From IMG/VR virus record IMGVR_UViG_3300042808_000025, positions 1 through 48,051 of that record: a DNA stretch of 48,051 bases. One strand, 5' to 3'. A program made the position numbers and the translations under genes. This document shows positions 36,526-44,635 of the stretch, one piece after another (position 1 is the first letter of the stretch; each line of letters starts with the position of its first letter). The notes under the pieces are model-generated. The model was not told the DNA's origin. It did no database searches and was given only the letters and a program-made list of their open reading frames with translations. The stretch is from a virus (lineage: Duplodnaviria > Caudoviricetes).

Positions 36526-36536
36526 TAATTAAAATT

Positions 36537-37490
36537 ATGGCAAATCAAACCGATGACTCATCAAATACTGAGAATTCAATATCGTATATCGACAAACTTG
36601 CTGACGTCAAGAAGAACCTTGATGCGAAAGCTGGAGGCGATTCTAGTGAATTTGTTGATGAAGATAAAGATATCGAAAGCAATGATGACGAGGCAAGTGA
36701 CGATTTAGAAGTCAATGATGATGACGATGAATCTAATTCGGGTGGCAACGACGGAGGTTCCGACGATGACCAGGATGAAGATGAAAACGAATCTAATGAC
36801 GATGCTAAAGATACGAAACTTGAATTTCGTTTCGGTCAATTTAAAGGTGATGGTACTCAGGAATCTTATATCAAGAATCTAGAGGAAGGTTACAAGAATA
36901 GTTCGCAAGAAGCTATCCGGATCAAAGATGAGAAAGATAGTTACGAACGCCAAGTAAATGCTATTAAAGAAGCTGCAACAAGGGACCCAGAGTTCGGCGA
37001 GAAGCTCTTGAGTTTATTGAAAGGCAATGGTGGTGATTCTGAAACGACTAATAGTGGTCAAGATTCAAACGGTAACCCATTCCTAAGGGATGCGGAAACT
37101 AGGTGGAATCAAGAGAGTGAAAAAGAGGCAAAGGAATTCACCGATGCTAACCCTGAAGTACTAATAGACCCTAAAATAAATGCCGATGTTAAAAAGTGGA
37201 TGCGCGTCTTTTCTAAACAGATTTTTGACGATGATGGTAGATTGATAAAGGCTGGTGAGGCTATGGAAATGGCTTACAGGCATCTCGGTCTAGCTGATAA
37301 ACGCAAAAAAACCCAAGACTTGGTAGACGGAATGAAGAAAAAAGTCGACCCTACAAGGACGCAAAAGGTGAAGAAAACGAAATCGTCTAATGGCGATAAG
37401 GGATCTAAACAGTTTTCTAATCTTACTCTAGATATTGCTAGTAAAATGGGGATATCACAAGATAGGATGAAGAAGGCACTCAAAAAGTAA
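36537..37490 (+). CDS. Capsid scaffolding protein
   Basis: Highly acidic N-terminus, coiled coil and basic C-terminal helix; position before capsid genes. Confidence 0.75.
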   Translation: MANQTDDSSNTENSISYIDKLADVKKNLDAKAGGDSSEFVDEDKDIESNDDEASDDLEVNDDDDESNSGGNDGGSDDDQDEDENESNDDAKDTKLEFRFGQFKGDGTQESYIKNLEEGYKNSSQEAIRIKDEKDSYERQVNAIKEAATRDPEFGEKLLSLLKGNGGDSETTNSGQDSNGNPFLRDAETRWNQESEKEAKEFTDANPEVLIDPKINADVKKWMRVFSKQIFDDDGRLIKAGEAMEMAYRHLGLADKRKKTQDLVDGMKKKVDPTRTQKVKKTKSSNGDKGSKQFSNLTLDIASKMGISQDRMKKALKK

Positions 37491-37512
37491 ATTTTAATTG
37501 GAGACATACTAT

Positions 37513-38370
37513 ATGGCTGCTGAATACATTGGATCTGAGACTGGCGACAGCAAGTCACCAGCTCGCGAAGTATCCGTTACGTCTGGCGTTTCTACATTTA
37601 GTGGAGACTTTCTTACTGTAGCAAGTGGAAAAGTTACTAACGCTAGTATTAACAAGAAACGTCTTTTAGGCGTACAAATGGGTGGTGATTCTCGTAATCC
37701 TGCTCGAAGCCGTCGTGTTGCTGACCAAGGCTACAAAGCTACTGGTACATCTGACGGTAAAGTTAAAGTACTCGTTAACATCGAGGAAAATGGTGAATAT
37801 CTAGTGAAGGCTGATGGAGCTATATCTGCTGCTAATGAAGGAAAGTTCTTCAACTTGCACAGTACAGCATTTAAGGTCATCACTTCAACTGGTGTTGCTA
37901 TTACTGACGGTGATACTATCACAGTTGGTACACAAACTTACACATTTAAGACTACACTAAGCACCGGTCCTGCCGTAGCTAATGAAGTTCTTATCGGTGC
38001 TAGTGCTAGTGCATCGCTTGATAATTTGAAGTTGGCTATTAATGCCGGTTCAGGTGCTGGTACAAATTACGGTACTGGTACTACTGCGAACACTACTGCA
38101 ACTGCTACTACAAAGACTGCTACTACGTTAATGCTCGAAGCTATCAGCACATCTGCTACTGATTTCACTACAGCTGAAACTGCTGCAACTCTTAGTATAA
38201 ACACTGCTGACGGTGGTCCTGGTCATCAAGTTGTTATCAACACTGCTGATGAGAATCTAGGACAATTAATATTAATTAAAGCTAACCCAGGTATTCGTGG
38301 TACTAATGGCACTTATGGAATTTTCCAAATTGCTCAAGACTACAAAGAATCTGTGGCTGCATTATCTTAA
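37513..38370 (+). CDS. Capsid decoration/cement protein with inserted Thr/Ala-rich domain
   Basis: Directly before the MCP; ATG 37513 with GGAG RBS. Confidence 0.6.
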   Translation: MAAEYIGSETGDSKSPAREVSVTSGVSTFSGDFLTVASGKVTNASINKKRLLGVQMGGDSRNPARSRRVADQGYKATGTSDGKVKVLVNIEENGEYLVKADGAISAANEGKFFNLHSTAFKVITSTGVAITDGDTITVGTQTYTFKTTLSTGPAVANEVLIGASASASLDNLKLAINAGSGAGTNYGTGTTANTTATATTKTATTLMLEAISTSATDFTTAETAATLSINTADGGPGHQVVINTADENLGQLILIKANPGIRGTNGTYGIFQIAQDYKESVAALS

Positions 38371-38392
38371 TCTAGGAAAGGATTAACACATT

Positions 38393-39316
38393 ATGGCTAT
38401 GACAACACCTGAATGGGTAGATGCTTTGGATGATATTTTCCGTACTATCTATGATGAGACGATGGAAAATCAACTTCCAAAAATGATGTATGACAAAATC
38501 TTCCACGTTATCCAATCGAACAAGGCGTTCGAGGAAGATGCCAGCTACACTGGTATTGGATTGCTAGAGGAAACTTCAGAATTAGGAACAGTACCTTACG
38601 AGGATGCTGACCCTAGCTGGACTACTACTTATGTTCACCGTGAATTCAAAAAAGGTCGAATGGTGTCTAAGAAAATGTACCAAGATGAGAAATGGAATAT
38701 TATCCAAAATCTTCCTAAAACTCTTGCTATCGCTAAAGCTCGCACGTATGAAATCGCTGCGGCTGACGTGCTTAACTACGGATTCGTAGTTGGTGGCGGT
38801 GGTCTTGCTACTTTCGATGGTGCTGATGGTCAGGCTTTATTCTCGACTACTCACTCTAATAAAAAGGGTACAGTTATTCAGAGTAATAAAATTACTACCG
38901 CTTTGTCTGTAGAGGCTCTTGAAGCAGTTACAACTGCTATGTCAACCCGACTAGATTCAAAGGGTCAGATAATCACATTTAACCCTGACACGTTGATCGT
39001 TCACCCTAACAACCGATTTACAGCTCGTAAGATTCTTGAGTCTGCTGGTTCGATTGGCAATAACTATAATGATATCAACACCATGAAAGGTGCTTTGGAT
39101 CTTATCGTTTGGCCATACCTTACTAACGGTACTGCTTGGTTCGTACTTGATAGTTCTGCTCACCAGCTTAACTTCTTCAAGCGAACTGACGAGCCTGTTG
39201 AGGGACCTGTATGGGACTTTGACAACGGTGCTGCTAAATGGAAAGTTGAAACTCGATTCTCAGTTGGCTACTCTAGCTGGCAAGGTATCTATGGTTCAAC
39301 AGGAGATGGCGCTTAG
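38393..39316 (+). CDS. Major capsid protein (HK97 fold, Mu gpT-like)
   Basis: GADGQALFSTTH, PDTLIVHP, ARKILES, PYLT...AWF and WQGIYGSTG motifs. Confidence 0.9.
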   Translation: MAMTTPEWVDALDDIFRTIYDETMENQLPKMMYDKIFHVIQSNKAFEEDASYTGIGLLEETSELGTVPYEDADPSWTTTYVHREFKKGRMVSKKMYQDEKWNIIQNLPKTLAIAKARTYEIAAADVLNYGFVVGGGGLATFDGADGQALFSTTHSNKKGTVIQSNKITTALSVEALEAVTTAMSTRLDSKGQIITFNPDTLIVHPNNRFTARKILESAGSIGNNYNDINTMKGALDLIVWPYLTNGTAWFVLDSSAHQLNFFKRTDEPVEGPVWDFDNGAAKWKVETRFSVGYSSWQGIYGSTGDGA

Positions 39317-39337
39317 TCTATCCTAACCATTACAATT

Positions 39338-39363
39338 AGACCTCTCCGGAGGTCTTTTTGTTT
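39338..39363 (+). terminator. Intrinsic terminator after the MCP gene
   Basis: AGACCTC-TCCG-GAGGTCT followed by a T-tract. Confidence 0.85.
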
Positions 39364-39389
39364 GTGTTTAATTAATGTAGAATAAGGTT

Positions 39390-39707
39390 ATGATATACGC
39401 AGTCTACCCAGGATCAGTAGTCGATAGAAACAATGAGACTCAAACATATACTTATGAAGAGCTTATCGCATTATATGGCGTAGACCCATTTGACTGCGTT
39501 CTAGGCACAGACGTTCCTGAATCTCGTAAGATGTTCTATATTCATCTAAAACCTCGTCCTGACGGCGTATACAACCAAATAGACGATCTAGTTGAGTTAG
39601 GCGATGGAATAAAATGGGGAGATGATTTCGATGGTAAAAAGAAATATACTATCGAAACTGATTTTGATGAATTATACGCTGACCAAAATTCTGAAGAAAA
39701 GTTATAA
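39390..39707 (+). CDS. Hypothetical protein
   Basis: YAVYPG..., LIALYGV and L.PRPDG.Y motifs. Confidence 0.7.
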   Translation: MIYAVYPGSVVDRNNETQTYTYEELIALYGVDPFDCVLGTDVPESRKMFYIHLKPRPDGVYNQIDDLVELGDGIKWGDDFDGKKKYTIETDFDELYADQNSEEKL

Positions 39708-39754
39708 ATAGATAGCTTGTTGTTTACTCTACAAAAATGATATTATAAGTTCAT

Positions 39755-40126
39755 ATGATAGAGCTAAATCAAAATATAAAATATAAATTTACAGCTTATT
39801 TTGAAGACGGTAAGGTTATAGCTCAATCAGATAAAGACACTCTTTCTGATACTAGCGGTTCGTTCCAATCAATTATAGATTATTCTAAAAAGGCTAACTT
39901 AATATACTTCGATATAAACGATGGCGTGTTCGCGTATGGTGTAGATCTTCCGTCTGGTAGGTTCGGAATTAATGGAACGTGGTTCTTAACAGAAAAACCA
40001 GACGATAAGATAATAAAACGCGATATAAAATACTATATAGATACTGAGCATGAAGAGTTTTGCTTTGGTTATACTGGAACTACTAAATCTGGTAAAAAAA
40101 TAGAGAAAGTTATTAGGGTGTCATAA
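39755..40126 (+). CDS. Hypothetical protein
   Basis: YKFTAYFEDG and VDLPSG.F.ING motifs. Confidence 0.7.
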   Translation: MIELNQNIKYKFTAYFEDGKVIAQSDKDTLSDTSGSFQSIIDYSKKANLIYFDINDGVFAYGVDLPSGRFGINGTWFLTEKPDDKIIKRDIKYYIDTEHEEFCFGYTGTTKSGKKIEKVIRVS

Positions 40127-42912
40127 TGAATCATAAGGATTTTGCTGTATCATTAGTTGCTATAGCACCGATACCAGCCGTGTCTGGAACTACTATTGGT
40201 TTAACAACAGGTCGTGCCGCAAGATTTCCAATACCACCTTGCTATGTTAACGCTAGCCCACCTAATGAAATGTCAACTCTCGATAATACTGAGAAGTTAT
40301 TAGTAACTGACATCGATCTTGATAACGATATAATAACAGTTGTTCGCGCACAAGGTGAGACTACGGCTAAGAACATAGAAGTTAATTGGGTTATATCTAA
40401 TGCTATATATGCTGATGACGTTGATTCTAAGGTAGACAAAGTCGATGGGAAAGGTCTATCTACAGAAGACTACACCACAGCTGAAAAATCTAAACTTGCT
40501 GGTGTTGAAGAAGGTGCTGATGTCAACAATATATCTGATCCTGACGCGACTGATCTAACAGATGGTGGTGCTACGACATTGCATAAACACTCATTCAATA
40601 ACCTAGACGATATACCTACTATACCTGATGAATTAAGTGATCTAGCTGATGATTCAACCCATAGGTTAGTCACAGACACTGAAAAGTCATATTGGAATGC
40701 TAAGCAGGAAGCACTAATAGCTGACACCGATTACCTAACTCCAAGTACAGCCAGTAGCACTTATGAACCGATAATTGTACCACCAGTAGATAACCCAGAA
40801 ACTAAGTATTTAAATGGCAATAAGCAGTGGGTAGCAGTATCTGTTGGAGGCGGCGGGGTTGCGTCTAATCTATACTATACTACTATCAATAGTGATATTT
40901 CTGGGTATAAAAAAATAAGCTATACACCAGAAGCAACTGAAACAATACTAGAGACTACTGTCACTAACCAGGAGATATTGGCTAGGACATATTTATTTGA
41001 CGATCCAATTGAAGTTAGTATTATAGATTCAGGAGTATGGATTTCTAATTATACTGCAAGAGTATCTAACGCTACGGGAGTTACACAATTTAAGATTGAA
41101 CCTTTCGTTAGACATAGCAACGGTACTGAAACTGTGCTATTCTCATCATATTCCAGAGAAATAAACAATACTGCTTTTGAAACTACTCGTGACGAGTCTG
41201 TCCAACCGTCTCATATAGTTGATCCAACAGACAGACTAGGTGTAAGAATTTATGTGAAGACTACTTCTGGTGCTGCTATTACTGTATATAGCATAGCTGG
41301 AGATGGCAACGCTTCATATATATCTACCCCACTTTCCTTGAGGCATGCTCAAACTCGTGATAAGAACGGCGAAGCAGAGTTCCAACACATGACAGCCGCT
41401 GAAAAGACAAACCTAAATAACCAATCAGGTGTTAATTCAGGCGATGACGCGCCTAACTCTCTGTATAGTGGCCTAGAAGCGTCTAAATTGAATATAGATC
41501 AAACAACTCCTCAAACAACAGTAGGAACATTTATATTCCCACAATTATCATCACCTATAATTAGGCCATTGGCAGATTCTACTTCAGCATTTGGATTTTT
41601 TAAAGCTAATGGCACAACCAATGTGCTAAATGTCGACACTACTAACTCATGGATTGGTATAGGAACAACATCTCCCACAGTCCGTCTAGATGTAAATGGT
41701 ATGGGAAAATTTTCGTCATCTGCTTATCCAGTTTTAGAGGTGACTAGAACGTCATCATTATCAGTGGCAGCTTTGGTAACGTCTAGATTTGGGTTAAAGA
41801 CTACAGCCGACATGGCAGACGGAACTGGTTGTTATATGGGATTCTCTATCGAGGACGATACCAGTGGCCCACAGCTTATTGGTTTAGTTGGAGCATTTAG
41901 AGATGGAGCAGATAACACAGGGGCTGTATCGATACAGACTTATAATGCCGGCGTTCAAGGTGAAGTAGCAAGATTTACCGCTTCAAAAAGAATCGGGCTT
42001 AGAACAGCGCTACCAACACACACGATAACACTCGGCAGTCTAGCAGATGGGTATTGTCATTATAATACTGTTGACCAAGAAACTAACTATGAAAGAGCTA
42101 GGGCGTATTGGTCTTCTAGCGCTTATTATATAGGCACTAGCGCTGGTGGATCTGGTGTGATACGTGACCTATATATTGGTGACACAGCAGACTATTATAA
42201 GTATAGTAAATTACTAAGCAGTTCATATGTGCATGATTTTAAGTCTGTATTATCTGGTACAACTTCTACTGGTTCAATAAGGTCTACGACTGTGGACACT
42301 CATTCGGCAGGAGTAGCTATAGGCCAACAAATATATATGGGGTTGACACAAACATCAACAGCCGGTTACTATGGTCTATTAATAAATATAGCCCAAAACT
42401 CTGTTGGGTCTGGGGCAAAAAACTTGATAGTGGGTACGGTAGATGCGTCTGATAAATTTAAAGTCGAGAGTACCGGTAATGTTAAACTAGTGGCCACAAA
42501 TGATGTTGGGTATTTCCTATTCAATGCCGTTAACTACGGTATGGCTATGGGTAACACATCTAACTACAAATATGGTGGTGTACAAGATTATTCTATAAAG
42601 TTTTTGATGGATGGTGGTTCTACCAGAGGCTGGACATGGGGTGGCGCTGGAGCTGTTCCAGTGGCAGCGTTAACTATAGGTGGTAACTTCCAGATAGCCG
42701 GGACTCTAACTTTAGTGGATAAGGATATAGTGCTTAGCGCTACAACAGGTACAAAAATAGGAACTGCTGCTACTCAGAAATTGTCATTCTATGGGGCAAC
42801 ACCAATCGTTCAGCCGTCATCAACCTCAGCGGCCGCGACTGACCTAGCCACTGTTATAACTTTAGCTAATAATTTGAGATCTAAATTGATAAGTCTAGGT
42901 TTAATAGCGTAA
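40126..42912 (+). CDS. Tail fibre / receptor-binding protein
   Basis: TVVRAQGET N-domain; KVDKVDGKGLSTEDYTTAEKSKL; IGIGTTSP repeat; C-terminal KIGTAATQKLSFYGATP...LGLIA. Confidence 0.85.
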   Translation: MNHKDFAVSLVAIAPIPAVSGTTIGLTTGRAARFPIPPCYVNASPPNEMSTLDNTEKLLVTDIDLDNDIITVVRAQGETTAKNIEVNWVISNAIYADDVDSKVDKVDGKGLSTEDYTTAEKSKLAGVEEGADVNNISDPDATDLTDGGATTLHKHSFNNLDDIPTIPDELSDLADDSTHRLVTDTEKSYWNAKQEALIADTDYLTPSTASSTYEPIIVPPVDNPETKYLNGNKQWVAVSVGGGGVASNLYYTTINSDISGYKKISYTPEATETILETTVTNQEILARTYLFDDPIEVSIIDSGVWISNYTARVSNATGVTQFKIEPFVRHSNGTETVLFSSYSREINNTAFETTRDESVQPSHIVDPTDRLGVRIYVKTTSGAAITVYSIAGDGNASYISTPLSLRHAQTRDKNGEAEFQHMTAAEKTNLNNQSGVNSGDDAPNSLYSGLEASKLNIDQTTPQTTVGTFIFPQLSSPIIRPLADSTSAFGFFKANGTTNVLNVDTTNSWIGIGTTSPTVRLDVNGMGKFSSSAYPVLEVTRTSSLSVAALVTSRFGLKTTADMADGTGCYMGFSIEDDTSGPQLIGLVGAFRDGADNTGAVSIQTYNAGVQGEVARFTASKRIGLRTALPTHTITLGSLADGYCHYNTVDQETNYERARAYWSSSAYYIGTSAGGSGVIRDLYIGDTADYYKYSKLLSSSYVHDFKSVLSGTTSTGSIRSTTVDTHSAGVAIGQQIYMGLTQTSTAGYYGLLINIAQNSVGSGAKNLIVGTVDASDKFKVESTGNVKLVATNDVGYFLFNAVNYGMAMGNTSNYKYGGVQDYSIKFLMDGGSTRGWTWGGAGAVPVAALTIGGNFQIAGTLTLVDKDIVLSATTGTKIGTAATQKLSFYGATPIVQPSSTSAAATDLATVITLANNLRSKLISLGLIA

Positions 42913-42977
42913 GGAGATTCGTATGCCACGTAAGAAAAAATGCTAAAATATAAATAAATAACTTTAGGAGAAATAAT

Positions 42978-43157
42978 ATGCCAGAACAATCTATCGATAC
43001 TGTAACAGATTTAACATTATTGAAATCATTAGTGTATGATCGGATGGTCATATCGCAAAAAGCTCAACGTGAAATACAATATCTAGAAGAAAGAATCAAG
43101 TACGTGTCAGAACACCCAGAAGAACCAGACACTGCTTGTGATGCACCTAAGGAATAG
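42978..43157 (+). CDS. Small coiled-coil protein (59 aa), possible fibre chaperone
   Basis: AGGAG RBS; below the ORF-track cutoff. Confidence 0.65.
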   Translation: MPEQSIDTVTDLTLLKSLVYDRMVISQKAQREIQYLEERIKYVSEHPEEPDTACDAPKE

Positions 43158-43161
43158 TTTT

Positions 43162-43416
43162 ATGAATAATGGGTTTGGTGTAGGTTATTTTGCAGGAATG
43201 TTCTGGGGGCAATCCCAGTTCGGTCCAATGGATATAAATAGGGTGAATGACTATACTACCAAACCGATTGTTAGCATCGTATCGATCAATCCTATAGCCT
43301 CACCAGTTTTATCACGACCTAATATAGATATACCATACAACAGACCAGATAGTATGCCAATTATGGTAAAACCTAGAATATCTATATGTAAGAATAGGCC
43401 TAGAGGTATACAATAG
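43162..43416 (+). CDS. Small virion-associated protein
   Basis: FG.GYF...WGQ N-terminus; periodic Pro repeats. Confidence 0.55.
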   Translation: MNNGFGVGYFAGMFWGQSQFGPMDINRVNDYTTKPIVSIVSINPIASPVLSRPNIDIPYNRPDSMPIMVKPRISICKNRPRGIQ

Positions 43417-43453
43417 TATCAGTATAACTTACAATATAACATAAGGATTAACG

Positions 43454-44635
43454 ATGATAATTACAGGATGGAACCCAGAAACAGAAGGACTAGAGAAGAC
43501 GTACATAACTTCTGTAGTTCAGGCCGCATCTAATTCAATAAATGTTAAAAATGCCGATAGAATTCCATCAGGTAGTATTATACTTGTTGGTGAGATGGGT
43601 ATGGAGCAATCTGAATTGCTCACGGTTAACACTGGTGGGACGTCTTTAGTTATACCAACTACTGGTAATACAAAATTTGCCCACACCGCTGATGAACCTA
43701 TATACAAAATGCGTTATGACCAGATATTATTCTATAGATCATCGACTGTTGATGGTACTTATACCCTAATAGCATCAGAAACTATTGATGTAGACAATAA
43801 AGAACAAAAAACAGAGTACTTAGACACTACTGGAACATCTGGTTCTTTCTACAAAACTAAGTATCGCAACAGCTCTACACTTGAAGAGAGCCAATTTTCA
43901 GACGTTATAAGCGCTGAAGGGTACCCAGAGAATAGTATCGGTGAAGTTATGGAAAGTGTTGTGAGCCGCGTAAAAGATAAGAACTACACTAAGTTAAGCA
44001 GTGATGACTATCTAGATTTAGCGACTGAGGTTAACAATGATCTTACTTCTCAATCAGAACGACCATATGAGTTTATGAGAGAGACTGTGCTATTGAATAG
44101 AGTTAAAGACCAGTCGTATGTTCAACTTCCATCTGATTATTATAAATTCGATAAATTATGGTACTCGAGTACTATGGGTGGTAGTCTAAATACTAAACGA
44201 TTAGAACCTATACCGTATAATAATTTTAAGACAAGTGGTTCACCATATATGAAATCTGATGTTATAAGCAGGGTAACTATTGATGATTCTACCAACAGAA
44301 TACTTATTGGCTCTGTGCCGATGACTAATGGAACTGGCGCATTTGAATTATCATATTACGCTAAACTAGGAAAGTTTACAGATCTATCACAGATAGTCAA
44401 AACCCCTAATTCACTAGTATACAGGTACAAATTTATGGCAGAATTTTATGCTGTGAAAGCAGAAGTTGACCCATCGTTTATCACATTGGCCAAAGATTAT
44501 GCTACTAAATACGGCAATGAAATAATGAAACTACAACGACAAAATCGTAAAGATGTAGGCACTAATAGGAGTTTCATGGATTCAGCTCGCGATACATCTA
44601 ACACTTATTCAGAAGGAAAGAGGTTTCATATTTAA
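43454..44635 (+). CDS. Head-tail adaptor / tail tubular protein A-like
   Basis: Position; LPSDY motif in the C-terminal half; beta-rich N-terminal extension. Confidence 0.65.
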   Translation: MIITGWNPETEGLEKTYITSVVQAASNSINVKNADRIPSGSIILVGEMGMEQSELLTVNTGGTSLVIPTTGNTKFAHTADEPIYKMRYDQILFYRSSTVDGTYTLIASETIDVDNKEQKTEYLDTTGTSGSFYKTKYRNSSTLEESQFSDVISAEGYPENSIGEVMESVVSRVKDKNYTKLSSDDYLDLATEVNNDLTSQSERPYEFMRETVLLNRVKDQSYVQLPSDYYKFDKLWYSSTMGGSLNTKRLEPIPYNNFKTSGSPYMKSDVISRVTIDDSTNRILIGSVPMTNGTGAFELSYYAKLGKFTDLSQIVKTPNSLVYRYKFMAEFYAVKAEVDPSFITLAKDYATKYGNEIMKLQRQNRKDVGTNRSFMDSARDTSNTYSEGKRFHI

